Positions 27,658-38,576 of a stretch of DNA of 64,000 nucleotides are shown here, piece after piece. The notes beneath the pieces are model-generated. The model had not been told where the DNA came from, searched no databases, and was given only the letters and a program-made list of their open reading frames with translations. This DNA comes from an uncultured delta proteobacterium (GTDB lineage: Bacteria; Myxococcota_A; Polyangia; Fen-1088), in assembly GCA_963796685.1 (NCBI GenBank), contig CAWCMR010000025.1, positions 2,016,001 to 2,080,000 of the forward strand, read 5' to 3'. Position 1 is the first letter of the stretch. Each line of letters begins with the position of its first letter. The position numbers and the translations under genes were made by a program.

Positions 27658-30610
27658 TTCTCCCCCCCACCGTCTTTTGCGGACGGGTTCTTGAGCGACG
27701 CAAGGTAGGTGATCGCGGGGATGGTCCCGAGCTTCCTCGAGCACGTGGAAACCACGGTTGCTGCGCGAGAGCTTGGAGACCTCGCTCTCCGGGTCCCTGA
27801 TGTTGCCGAAGACGATGGCGCTGGCCGGGCAGGCCACCGCGCACGCGGGGACGACGTCCTTGTCGCGTAGACCCCGGTTGTGGCGCTTGGCGACTTGCTC
27901 GGCGTTGCGAATGCGTTGCACGCAGAAGGTGCACTTCTCCATCACGCCGCGCGGGCGGACGGTGACCTCGGGATTGAAAGCCAGCCTGTATCGACGGGGG
28001 CGTCTCGCTGGTGAAATCGAGGAAGTTGAAGCGCCTGACCTTGTACGGGCAATTGTTGGCGCAGTAGCGGGTTCCTACACAGCGGTTGTAGGCCATCTGG
28101 TTGATACCATCGGGGCCGTGGTTGGTGGCTTGCACCGGGCACACGGTCTCGCAGGGAGCGTTGTCGCACTGCTGGCACAGCATGGGCTCGTGAATCACGC
28201 CGGGCGCCGCCATATCCCCCTCGTAGTAGCGATCGATGCGCATCCACTGCATGGCCCGTCCTTTGCGAACTTGCTCGGGGCCCACGACAGGGGTGTTGTT
28301 CTCCGACTGGCAGGCCACCACGCAGGCGCCGCAGCCCACGCACGACGACAAATCGATGGCCATGCCCCAACGCGGACCCGTGTACACCTGTTTGTCGTAA
28401 AGCGTGGGCAGAGCCTCACGCTCGAGCTCGTGCTGGGGCTTGCGCGCGTACTCCGCCAGCGTCCACTGGCGGGCGACGTCGCGTCCGTCCATGGTGTCGT
28501 GAGCCTGCGACAGGGTCAGCTCTTGGCGGCCACCGGTGGGGCCGACCGCCGCGATCGGCACGACCCGTGCGCCAGCCTCGGGTGCGAAGGTCCAAGCACG
28601 CATGCCCACGCCCGAGGCCACGCTCCCCTGCCAGCGGCCATGCCCGAGCTTGAGGCGCAATACCCCGTCGGCCTGTCCAGGCTGACGCAGGACGGGCACC
28701 GGCGTTCCCTTGCCCAGGGTCACGAGATCGCCATCCTTGAGATGCAGTCGATCCGCATCCGCGGGCGACACGGACAGCGGGTTGCCCCACGCGGTCTTGG
28801 TGATCGGATCGGGCATCTCTTGCAGCCACCCGTTGTTGGCGTACCGACCGTCGAAGAGGCGCGGATCGACGTCGAACACCAGCTCGAATGCGCCGGCTTC
28901 CGCCTTGGTGGCGGCCCGGGCGGCGCGGGCACACGCCTCGCCGTTCAAGGTGCGCGCGGCCGGCTTCGCGGATCCACGTAGAAAGAGCCCGTCATGCAAG
29001 GAAACGTTCCAGAAGCGCTCGAACGGGATGGGGCTGGCCTTGGGCTGAACCTCGTCTTGCCAGCGTTGCTTGAGGAAAGCGAGATAGGTCTTGGACAACG
29101 GGCGTCCAAGCTCGGCCAGGCAGTGCAGGAGGATGTCCTCGCCCTGGCGCGTGTCGTAGAGCGGGGCCACGACCGGCTGTTGCAGGGTCAACGTGTCTTG
29201 GCTGGTTTCGAAATCGTTCCAGCTCTCCAGCCAGTGGTTGACGGGCAAAACCAGGTTGCACGAGGCAGCCGTCTCGTCGGGCAGCAGGCCCAGCCGAACG
29301 CGCAGGGCCACCTTGGCCACGGCGGCACGCCAGGCGCCGTCTCCGTCGTCGGACGAGGCCAGGTCGTAGGCGGGATTGACGTCCCAGAACAGCGCGGCAG
29401 CGATGCGGCCTGCCGCCATGTCGTCGACCAGCTTCTTGAAGTCGGCGGGCGTGGCCAGCGCGGGCGCGTCCAGCTCCGAGAGCACGGTCTTGCCTTCGGC
29501 CCCGAGCATGCGGTTCAGCAGGTGGCAGGCAGCGTGCGTCTCGGTCGAGGCCGCCGGGCCGGCCAGCACCAGGGCTTTGTCGCTGGCGGCGCACAGGTCC
29601 TTCACCAGGGCGTCGAGCTGGGTGGAAAACGGCTTGGCCTCGGGCAGCTTGTCGAGCGCGAAGGCGTCGAGGGCCGAGGCCTCCAGCCCGGCCGGCAGGG
29701 CGCGATTGCCCTGGAGATGAACCGCGCGCAAAAGCCCGAAGGCGATGCGCGCGAGAGCGGACGGACGCATGGCCATGCGCACGTCGGCCTTGCTGCCGGT
29801 CAGGCTCATTCCCCCCTCCACGACGTAGAGGCGGTTCATGGTGCCGGCAGACGAAGCAGGGCGGCGCATGCCGGCGAAGCCGGCGATGGCGGATACGGTG
29901 TCGCCGAGGGTTCCCAGAAAATCGGCCTCCAGGGCAAGAATGACCTGCGCCTCACCGAAAGCATACCGAGGCAGTCGGACATCGCCGAAGAGCGCCTGCT
30001 CGGCCGCGCGGGCGGCCTGGTCGGCGGCGGGCTCCCACTGGACGTGGCGCAGGCCGGGCAGCGCCTCGGCGAGCTTCGCCAGCACTGCCTTTCGGCTGGG
30101 CGAAAGCAGCGCCGGCGTGACCAGCGCGATGGTCTTGCCCGAGGCCTCTTTCAGGCCACGCGTCAACTCTGCGAGGGCCTGCTCCCAGGAGCAGGCGCGC
30201 CCATTCGACACGGGGCCGCGCAGGCGGTCGGGGTCGTACAGACCCAACAAATCCGCGGTCGCATGAAAACTGGTCTTGCCCTTGTACAGCGGGTGCTCGT
30301 CGTTGCCCTCGACATGGATGGGGCGGCCCTCGCGTGCCTTGACCAGCACCGGATAGGCGACCTCGCCCTCCTGAAAGGTGCTGGCGTAGTAGTCCGCGAT
30401 GCCGGGAACGATCTCTTCCTGTTTCTTGGTGTAGGGCACGACGGTCGTGCAATCTTTCGCCAGCCCGCACCCTGCGCCCGTGGCCAGGGCCGCGGACGCT
30501 CCGAACAGGGCCAGAAACCGCCGACGGGAAACGCCGTCGCCATCGCCATCGGTGGGTTGGCCGCCGGAGGCGAGCACTGGAAGCTTGACGGGGGGCCTGC
30601 GTTCATCCAT
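27654..30610 (-). CDS. actB: Alternative complex III subunit ActB (molybdopterin-oxidoreductase-like + 4Fe-4S), two apparent +1 frameshifts near 27985 and 27733
   Basis: TAT signal SRRRFL; YDPDR; CVGCGACVVAC, CQQCDNAPCETVCP and CVGTRYCANNCP; removing one base at each site restores NPEVTVRPRGVMEKCTFC and LEELGTIPAITYL, with the stop overlapping the actC start. Confidence 0.9.
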
Positions 30611-30842
30611 GGCGTTTCACGGCTTCGGGGGCTGGCTTGAGCACGAGCTTGACACCGGCCGGGGCATCGGCAGATGCCGAAGCGGGGCGCGGCACCCGGC
30701 TCGGCGCGGTGGACGAAACGGTGGCGCGCCGGCCACGGCGGGGCCAGGACCACGCCGCAAGACCGGCGGCAGCGGCCGAAAATACGCCGAGCCAGCGCCG
30801 GCGCTGCGCGAAGGGTGTCGGATCGGGTGTTTCGGATTTCAT
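30603..30842 (-). CDS. Small (79 aa) twin-arginine-signal protein between actA and actB
   Basis: ATG overlaps the actA stop (ATGA); QRRRWLGVFSAAAAGLAAW; stop overlaps the actB start. Confidence 0.6.
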   Translation of the reverse strand: MKSETPDPTPFAQRRRWLGVFSAAAAGLAAWSWPRRGRRATVSSTAPSRVPRPASASADAPAGVKLVLKPAPEAVKRHG

Positions 30843-31402
30843 CGGTGGCACGCGTAGCAATTGGTTGGGCCTTGGGTGATCTTGGAACCGGGCGGAACCG
30901 CGGCGTGGGCGTCGCGGTGGCAGGACAGACAGTTGCCCATGCGCATGAGCATCTCGCGCGAGACGCGCTCCATGGTCTCCACTTCGCCGTGGCAGGTTTG
31001 ACAGGCGATGCCGGCATTCACGTGGGGCCGGTGATCGAAGTAGACGTGGTCGGGCAGGTTGTACACGCGCTGCCAATCGATGACTTCGTTGGCCTTGAAG
31101 GCCGCGGTCAGGTGTTGGATCTCGGGCTTATCGACCCGGGTGACCGTATGGCAGTTCATGCACGTCTCCGTCGCGGGCACGCCGGCGTGTCGCGAACGCT
31201 CGGCGCCGGTGTGGCAGTAGAGGCAGGGGATGTGGTTGTCCCCGGCGTGCAGCTTGTGCGAGAAGGCGATGGGTTGCGTGGGCGAATACCCGAGGGCGAA
31301 GCGATCCGGTTCGGTAGCGTAGCCGACCGCCAGAAGGGTCGATAAAACCGAAACGGCCCCGATGGGCAGAATCACGCGCCAAAAACGATCTCGTGGGTGC
31401 AA
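30839..31402 (-). CDS. actA: Alternative complex III pentaheme cytochrome c ActA
   Basis: QPIAFSHKLHAG, LPDHVYFDH and five CxxCH motifs (CLYCH, CMNCH, CQTCH, CLSCH, CYACH). Confidence 0.93.
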   Translation of the reverse strand: MHPRDRFWRVILPIGAVSVLSTLLAVGYATEPDRFALGYSPTQPIAFSHKLHAGDNHIPCLYCHTGAERSRHAGVPATETCMNCHTVTRVDKPEIQHLTAAFKANEVIDWQRVYNLPDHVYFDHRPHVNAGIACQTCHGEVETMERVSREMLMRMGNCLSCHRDAHAAVPPGSKITQGPTNCYACHR

Positions 31403-31455
31403 ACGGTCCTCGCGGGGCAGTCTGTGCCGAATTCAGGTAGAATGGGTCCAGTTCT

Positions 31456-31486
31456 CGTCAACAAGGGATTCGTTATTCTTGTCACA
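31456..31486 (-). promoter_or_regulatory. Possible act-cox operon promoter: TTGACG -35 with an upstream CRP/FNR-like box
   Basis: Minus strand TGTGA-CAAGAA-TAACG (31486-31471) and TTGACG (31461-31456); no clear -10. Confidence 0.3.
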
Positions 31487-31554
31487 AATGGTGGCTGGGG
31501 CGAACGTTAGATGCCGCCAAACGGGGCGAGGTCACAGGTCTTTCGCAGTCCGGT

Positions 31555-32316
31555 TCAGATGGCGTACAAACGCCGCAACCCCTGGGCGGCGTCGGCCATA
31601 CGAACGGGTTCGCCGACGCGCCGCGCGCGCCAGAGGAGATGGTGCGGGGTATGCGTGGGGGCAACAAACGAGACTACCGTCGTCTCATAGCCGGCGGCCT
31701 CCAGACGCAAGGTACGTTCGGCATCCACGATGGCCTGGATGAACCGTCGCCTGACCTCCGCATGACGCGGAATCCCCAATGCCTCCGCCTGCCGTGTTGC
31801 CACCCGCGCTGCCGCCACGTGCTCCGAGGTGCAGCATGGTACGAGGAGCAGGTGCCGCGTCCGGCATGCCGCCGCTCGCTCGACGATGGTGTCCGAGGCC
31901 GGTCCGCAAGCGTGCAAAGCGACGACCACATCGGGTTCGTCCGGCCACGCCGCCGCGTTCTCGACGTCGCCTTCCACGATGGTGAAGTCCACCTGCGCAG
32001 CATGCACTTTGGCGACTGCACCTCGGCACAGGGCCGCGCGCTTGGGTTCGCGCTCGATCACCGTGACGTGACTTTGCCGAACCCTTCCCGTCAGAAGGAA
32101 TTCCGCTGCCAGCAGCCCGACGTAGGCCTTGCCGGCCGCCGCGTCCACGAGGTGGATGGGGCGGTCGGGTCTCGTGCCTCCCACGACATGCTCGATTTCG
32201 GCCAAGAGACCGAGCAACTCGGCGGCCTTCTTTCGATCCTCCTTGCGCAGGGCCGCCCCCGGCGCCGCGATGTACAAGCGGTGAAGGGCTTCCTGCACGG
32301 CGGGCAGAGTGACCAT
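31555..32316 (-). CDS. SAM-dependent methyltransferase (Methyltransf_32-like)
   Basis: LVDAAAGKAYVG, ALHACGPASD and VPCC motifs. Confidence 0.8.
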   Translation of the reverse strand: MVTLPAVQEALHRLYIAAPGAALRKEDRKKAAELLGLLAEIEHVVGGTRPDRPIHLVDAAAGKAYVGLLAAEFLLTGRVRQSHVTVIEREPKRAALCRGAVAKVHAAQVDFTIVEGDVENAAAWPDEPDVVVALHACGPASDTIVERAAACRTRHLLLVPCCTSEHVAAARVATRQAEALGIPRHAEVRRRFIQAIVDAERTLRLEAAGYETTVVSFVAPTHTPHHLLWRARRVGEPVRMADAAQGLRRLYAI

Positions 32317-32329
32317 ATCTCGCCCGGCG

Positions 32330-33893
32330 CTAGGCCCTTGCCGCGCGCGAAAGTCGTTCCGGGTTGGCCCCGGTTCGTGCGCGCAAATCGATGTAGATCC
32401 GCGCCAGCACCATGGCCGGGACCGGCAGGACGGCCATCGCGAGCAGATCGCTGGCGATGAAATGCAGGAAAACCACGGCCCGGCTCCCGGAGGTGGGCAG
32501 CACCAGCTCGGTCAAGGTGGCCGCGACGAAGCCCAGCAGGGCGAACGACAGGAAGGCAAGCGCCACGCGAACGGCGTCGCTTCGCACCAGCTCGATGCTG
32601 CGTGAAAGTGCGGCGCGCCCGCCTCGCTTCTCGAACAGCACCGCGTGCGGAACGAAGACGAAGAGGGCGCTCGACAGCAGGCCGGGCAGGACGAAGAGGG
32701 CATTGCCGACGGCCACCAGCAACGCGGCCGGGATCAGAGAGACCAGGAAGAGCTCCCCGCGTGCGAGCAGGATAGGCCATAGATCGCCGATGCTCGGCAG
32801 CGCGCCGCCGCCCTGCGTGTCGGCGGTCGCGACGGCCAGTGTTCCGCAAGCCACGGGAAACGCCATACCGAAGAGCAGCAGTCCCTGGATCAGCAGCGCA
32901 AGCTTTTCGCGCAACCCGCTGCCTTCGCCGGGCCTCTCCTCGGGTGCGCGCCCTTGTGTCGTCTCGACCGCGGTGAGCGCGGCCAGCTCGGCGGCCGCTT
33001 GCTTGTCGATCTCCCCTTTGGCCTGGCTGGCCTGAATGCGCGCCGCCAAGGCGGCCTTGCGCGCCGAGAAATCGACCGTCGCGCCTGACTTGGCAAACAC
33101 CGAAGCATCGGGCCCACGAGCGACCCCGGCGAGCAGGCAGGACTGCAACACGGAAGCCGGCAGGACGAGCATCGCGACCAGCACGAAAAAGGGGGCGGGC
33201 TTGCGCAGGTAGGTGCCGACTGCCCACTGAAAGAGGTCGAGGACGCCGCGCGCATCCGCGGTCAGGCGCTCGGGGAAACTCCCGCTCTTCGTCCGCCGGG
33301 CCTCTCCCGAGGTGGCACCGTTCGCGGGCTGGGGAAGCGCGAAGGGCCTGCCTTTTCCAGGGGGTGGCAGATCCGTCGGCGTTTCTCCGGTCGGCAACGG
33401 GGCATTGCCGCTGGCGAAGCCGGCTCCAGGCGGGCTGGGCAGGTCCACCGGCGTGTCGATGCCCAGGATGGAGGGTGATGCTTCACGCGTGATGGTGTCG
33501 ATCACGACCTGAGCTCTCGGCGTCGGGGTCAGGTCGAGACTGATGACCAGAATCGGGGTTGTCCCTGGCCTCGGCCTCGGTGGGCAGGCGGAGCGGCGGG
33601 GTCCTTGGCGGTGGCAATTTGGCCGACGGAGTCGCCACCCCGAACATGGTCTTGCCGAGAGCGAGGGCGCTCGACCGATTGCCGGGCCTGCCGGGTGGCA
33701 AGGGGCGTGGGGCAGGCAAGGTGACGCGTGGAACGGCCTTGCTCGTTTCAGGCAGCGGCGGGGCAAGGGCAGCCGGGACACCGAACAGGGTCTTTTCCAT
33801 CGATGGGGCTTGCACCCCAATGACCTTTCCGGTCTTGGGACAAATGCGCTGGCTCGCATCGTGGTTCTGTCCGCAATAGATGCAAATGCTCAC
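32330..33893 (-). CDS. Hypothetical membrane protein (N-terminal CxxCxxxH...C motif, Pro-rich linker, C-terminal TM bundle); frameshift near 33560-33600
   Basis: Two overlapping ORFs join: CIYCGQNH...CPKTGK plus KTLFG/KTMFG repeats, then a multi-TM domain. Confidence 0.6.
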
Positions 33894-33981
33894 GGTGAGG
33901 CCTTTTGCCGAAGATGTTAGCCCAACTGGCGACGCATTGCCCGTTTCCAAATGACCGTAACCCTGACAGAATTGGAGGATC

Positions 33982-35836
33982 TTGGGCCAAGAGACGCAGG
34001 TGCTACACAAGCCGGCAAGCCTGGTCGGGCAGATCGTGGGAGGTTACCGGTTGGTGACTGCGCTTCGTAGCGGTGGCATGGGCACGGTTTACTATGCCGA
34101 GCACACGGTCATCGGCCGCCGCGCCGCCGTGAAGGTCCTGCACCCCGAGGTGTCGCGCAACCCGCAACTGGTCTCGCGTTTTCTCATCGAGGCGCGCGCC
34201 GCCAACGACATCCGGCACCCCAACGTGGTGGAAATCACCGATCTCGGGCAGTCGGGCGACCTGCACTACATCGTCATGAGCTTCCTCGAAGGCGAGACGC
34301 TCGGCGAACGGTTGGAGCGGGAGAAAACTTTCGACGAAGCCTCCACGGTTCGCATCGTGCGCCAGGTCGCCTCCGCGCTGGCCGCCGCCCACGACCGCGG
34401 CATCGTCCACCGGGATCTGAAGCCCGAGAACGTCTTTCTGCTCAACCACCCCGACTACCCCGACTATGTCAAAGTCCTAGACTTCGGCATCGCCAAGCTC
34501 ATCGGCGCGCAGCAGGCCAATGCGCCCCACAACACCATGATGGGCACGGTTCTGGGCACGCCCGCCTATATGTCCCCCGAGCAGTGCCGCGGCGAACCCG
34601 AGCTCGATCACCGCAGCGACATTTACTCTCTCGGCGTCATGCTCTTCGAGATGCTGACCGGCACGCTCCCCTTCCGTCGCGATTCTCCGGCCGACGTGCT
34701 GCTCGCGCACGTGCAGGACAAGCCCGAGTCGCCGCTCGACCTCAACCCCAAGCTGTCGACGCACATGGCCGCCGCCATCCTGCGCGCCATGGAAAAGGAT
34801 CCGGCGCGGCGATTCTCGAGCATGCGCGAGCTGCGCGACGCCGTGGAGAACGTGGCCAGGCCGGCCAAGGCCGCCGCGGCGCCCACCGCGATCGAGGAAG
34901 AAACCTTCGAGAAGCGCGAGAAACGCGAGGCCTCCTTCGTCGTCGGCAAGCTCACCGACATCATTCTCAAGCGCCTCGAGAGCGACAACCTGCTCGTGCC
35001 CGCCATGCCGGCGATCGCGGTGCAGTGCATGCGGCTACTCGAGGATCCGAACCAGAGCTTCAAGCAGGTCGGCGAGCTCGTGGGCAAGGATCCCGTGCTG
35101 GCTTCGCGCGTGCTGCGCCTGGCGAACAGCGCCGCCTTTCCTGGCAAGACGCCGGCCGCCACGCTCGAACAAGCCATCCCGCGCATGGGAACCGAGGGGC
35201 TCAAGCTCGCGCTCGTGCACTATTCGATGTACCAGGCATTTTCGTCGCGGGATGCGCGCATCCAGTCGGCGTTTCGCGGTATCTGGGAACACTCCTTGGC
35301 GGTGGCTCTCCTTGCCAAGGAGATCGCCGGACAGGTGCAGGAACCGAGCATCGTGGACACAGGGGTCGCCTATCTGGCCGGCCTGCTTCACGACGTGGGC
35401 AAGCCCGTGGTCGCGGCCTTGCTACTCGAGGCGGAGAAGCTCGCGTCCCTGCACAAGTCGGCGGTGCCATGGATCAGCCATAGCGTGTGGCGACAGGTGG
35501 TCGATCGTTCGCACCGCAACATCGGCGTCGAGCTTTCCCGTCGCTGGCGAGCTGCCGGTCGAGATCAGCCAAGCGGTCGAAAAGTGCGCCGCCTACGATC
35601 CGGCGGTGCCCTGGGCGTATTCCAATATCGTCCGCCTGGCCAACGCCTTTGCCAAGCAGCAAGGCCTCTACGCGGGGGACGTGGACGCCGTGCACGAGGG
35701 CCAGGTGGTCGCGGAAGGCAAGAGCCTGCTCGGCCTCGGCGACGAGGTGATGACCTTGTTGTGCGCAGGCTTGTATTCCCGCGTCGGCACGCTGTTCGAG
35801 ATCAAAATCGGCAGTGCCCAATCCAAGCCGTCGTAA
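33982..35836 (+). CDS. Ser/Thr protein kinase fused to an HDOD domain; +1 frameshift near 35549
   Basis: GGMGTVY, AVK, HRDLKPEN, DFG and SPEQ; HDOD DPVLASRVLRLANS, WEHS and GLLHDVGK; continues as LPVEISQAV in the shifted frame. Confidence 0.88.
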
Positions 35837-35976
35837 GCGCATGGGCCCAGGCCGTGCGCGAGGGCGCGCGCGGTGTGGTCAGATGATTTTTTCGGCGATC
35901 TTCGCCGCCTCCTTGCTTCCTTGCACGCGGCTGTTGCATCTATTGGCGACAGGAAGAAAACCGGAAAGGTGCCACG

Positions 35977-36309
35977 ATGGAACTTGGAAAAAAGAAATGT
36001 CTTCCATGTGAAGGTGGCGCGACCACGCTGCCAGCGGATGAAGTGGAGCGCTTGCTGTCGCAGATCTCGGGATGGCAAGTCGAGCCCGGGTTTCCCGAGC
36101 TGCGCAAGCGCTTCAAGTTCCTCAGCTTCATGGACACGATGGCCTTCGTGAATCGCATGGCCGAGCTGGCCGAGGCCGAAGGCCACCATCCCGATTTCTG
36201 CGTGCGCTACACGAACCTCGATGTGTCGCTGACCACGCACGCCATCGGCGGCCTATCCGAGAACGACTTCATCTTGGCTGCCAAGATCGATCAGCTTCCG
36301 CGCTCCTGA
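35977..36309 (+). CDS. phhB: Pterin-4-alpha-carbinolamine dehydratase
   Basis: CLPCEGG, AEAEGHHPD and THAIGGLSENDFILAAKID motifs. Confidence 0.93.
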   Translation: MELGKKKCLPCEGGATTLPADEVERLLSQISGWQVEPGFPELRKRFKFLSFMDTMAFVNRMAELAEAEGHHPDFCVRYTNLDVSLTTHAIGGLSENDFILAAKIDQLPRS

Positions 36310-37482
36310 CTACAGGGGCGGATGGGCGTTGTGGACCAGATCCATGAAGTAGGACTCGAACCACTGACCGGCCTGGGGTGCGCCCTTGGCCGCGTCGGGT
36401 CCGCCGCACATGGGATCGAAGCGCGGTTGCGAGGGATCGGAGACGCCGTCCGACTCTCCCGGCGGCTTGATCCAGAAGTACGCATCGATGCCGGGTCCGG
36501 GCGCGACCTTGGGACGCTCGCCGAGGCCCGCGCCGTGCACGTTGCACCAGCTGCCCCACTTGGCACGAATGTTTCCCTTGCCGTTGCGGGAGGTGTCAAT
36601 GATGAAGGCCGGGTGATTGAAGCCGTACATCTGCAGCGTTTCGCCCAGGATCCTGGCGTAGGTCAGCTCGTTCGGGCACGGGTTGGTGGGCTCGAGCACG
36701 GCACCATCGCGGTTCGACAGGCTGGTGTAGTTCGCGGTGTTGATGGCGAAACCGCGAATCATATCGGGACCGCCCGCCTCGTTGAGAACGGTCTTGAAGA
36801 TCCGCGCGATCTTGGCGCGGTTGTCGTCCCAGCCCAGCCAGCCCGAGTGGGCCGCGTCGAGGTACACGCTGACGTTGGGTAGGGCAAACTGCTTGATGGC
36901 GTACACGATGCCATCCTTGTAGGCGGTTTTCGCTTCTTGGCACATGGGCAGCGCCATGTTGGTGGCCAAGTTGCCGAGCGAGTCGGGTTCGAGGACGACG
37001 GCGATGGGCTGGGTCGGGTGGGCCTTGAACTGCGCGGTAATGGGGTCGATGAATTCTTTCATGTAGCGGGCCTCGCCGTTCTGCGAGACCTTGAGCTCGC
37101 CAGCCGACGATTCGGCCGAGCAGTCGCGGTTCGGCAGGTCGTAGACCACCACCATCGTCAGCGTCGGCTTGCCGGTCGCATCCTGCTGCTTCTTCGCGTC
37201 GTCGAGCCAGCCTTGGAGATTGCCCACGGCTTTGATGGAATCCAGCCACACCGCGGTCGGGTACGTGGCGACCTTGCGAATCGTGTCGGCCTCGTCCGGG
37301 TGCTTCTTCGCGGTGGCTTCGACGTTCGCGGTGTACTCCGGATTGAGGAAGAAGGCGACGTCCTTGAACGGGTTCTTGCTCGACCCCGGGCTGGACGATC
37401 CAGCTTCGCCGAGGGATCCCGCGCAGGACGAGGCGGCAAGAATGACGAACAACGCTGGATTTATGCGGATACGCTGATGCAT
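36310..37482 (-). CDS. Glycoside hydrolase family 6 cellulase, lipoprotein
   Basis: YDLPNRDC, EPDSL, HSGWLGW, IDTSRNG, WCN and KPPGESDG motifs; lipobox ASSC. Confidence 0.93.
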   Translation of the reverse strand: MHQRIRINPALFVILAASSCAGSLGEAGSSSPGSSKNPFKDVAFFLNPEYTANVEATAKKHPDEADTIRKVATYPTAVWLDSIKAVGNLQGWLDDAKKQQDATGKPTLTMVVVYDLPNRDCSAESSAGELKVSQNGEARYMKEFIDPITAQFKAHPTQPIAVVLEPDSLGNLATNMALPMCQEAKTAYKDGIVYAIKQFALPNVSVYLDAAHSGWLGWDDNRAKIARIFKTVLNEAGGPDMIRGFAINTANYTSLSNRDGAVLEPTNPCPNELTYARILGETLQMYGFNHPAFIIDTSRNGKGNIRAKWGSWCNVHGAGLGERPKVAPGPGIDAYFWIKPPGESDGVSDPSQPRFDPMCGGPDAAKGAPQAGQWFESYFMDLVHNAHPPL

Positions 37483-37647
37483 CGCTGAGCTCTCCTGCCG
37501 ATGCGGCGAGTTCGTTGCGCCAGGCCATCCTGGCAAAGGCTGCCGCTTCGGCGCACGTGATACTACACGATCTCTCCGTGCACAGACCAGGCGCAGTCGC
37601 GAAAAGAAGGCGCGATGCGCTGCATCCTCGTCGGATTCGGCTCTGGG

Positions 37648-38571
37648 CTAGCAGACGCGGTTTCGCCCCGTGTTCTTCGCTTCGTAGAGGCGGGCATCGG
37701 TTCGGGTCAGCAGATCGCTGATGGATTCGCCGGGTCCCGGCTGGTAGACGCCCCCCGAGATGGTGACCTCGAAACCCACCCGCAGGCTTACGCTCGCCAC
37801 CCTCGCGCGGATCTTTTCCGCGCACAGGAGGGCCCCCGCATAGGACGTCTCGGGTAGCATGACGAGAAACTCCTCGCCGCCCCATCGCGCGACCAGATCG
37901 GTGTCGCGCACGCCCGAGGAGATGGCCTTGGCCACCTGGCGCAACACCTCGTCTCCTGTCTCGTGCCCATGCGCATCGTTGATACTCTTGAAGTGGTCGA
38001 TGTCGAACAGGACGAACGACACCGGTGTTTGAAAGCGGCGCAGGCGAAGCATTTCCTGGCTGATTTCGCGCTCGATCCCGCGGCGGTTGGCAATCCCCGT
38101 CAGGCGGTCGGTCAGCGCCATCCGCTCATAAGCATGGGTGAGGTCCACGTCCGCCGTGATGTCGGTGCCGACGGCCACGATGGCGTAGTGCGGACTTTGG
38201 ACTTTGCGGGCCACCCAGCGGACCACGGTTCGCGACGGGCGGGCCAGCTCGAATTCCTCGCATCTGACCGCGCTGCCCATGGGGAACAGGCCCTTGTCGC
38301 ACAGAGGCTTGGAGGGATCGTCCATCAGCGAGAGGGTGAGCGCGCTGAAGTCGGTGGCGGCCATCCCCACGAGGGTCTCGGGGGCTTGGCCGAACAGCAC
38401 GGCCATGGCCAGGCTACAAATCGTGATTCTGCCGTCGTCGCCCACCAGCATGACGCCCGATTCGAGCGAATCGAAGAGCGGCCGCAGGATCTCGACAAGC
38501 GTCGTCTCCGCACTGTCCCTGGGCGCTTTTTCGGCACCTTCTGGAACAAAGGCCTGTGCTGGGTTCCGCAC
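37648..38571 (-). CDS. PAS-GGDEF diguanylate cyclase
   Basis: TDRLTGIANRR, DIDHFKSIND, RxxD I-site (RDTD) and GGEEF; start uncertain (GTG 38571). Confidence 0.88.
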   Translation of the reverse strand: MRNPAQAFVPEGAEKAPRDSAETTLVEILRPLFDSLESGVMLVGDDGRITICSLAMAVLFGQAPETLVGMAATDFSALTLSLMDDPSKPLCDKGLFPMGSAVRCEEFELARPSRTVVRWVARKVQSPHYAIVAVGTDITADVDLTHAYERMALTDRLTGIANRRGIEREISQEMLRLRRFQTPVSFVLFDIDHFKSINDAHGHETGDEVLRQVAKAISSGVRDTDLVARWGGEEFLVMLPETSYAGALLCAEKIRARVASVSLRVGFEVTISGGVYQPGPGESISDLLTRTDARLYEAKNTGRNRVC

Positions 38572-38576
38572 GGGAG

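Noticed and set aside
26269-27945. Apparent ActB-C-terminus/ActC fusion in the ORF track
   Set aside because: Explained by two single-base insertions in actB; the corrected stop overlaps a proper actC start
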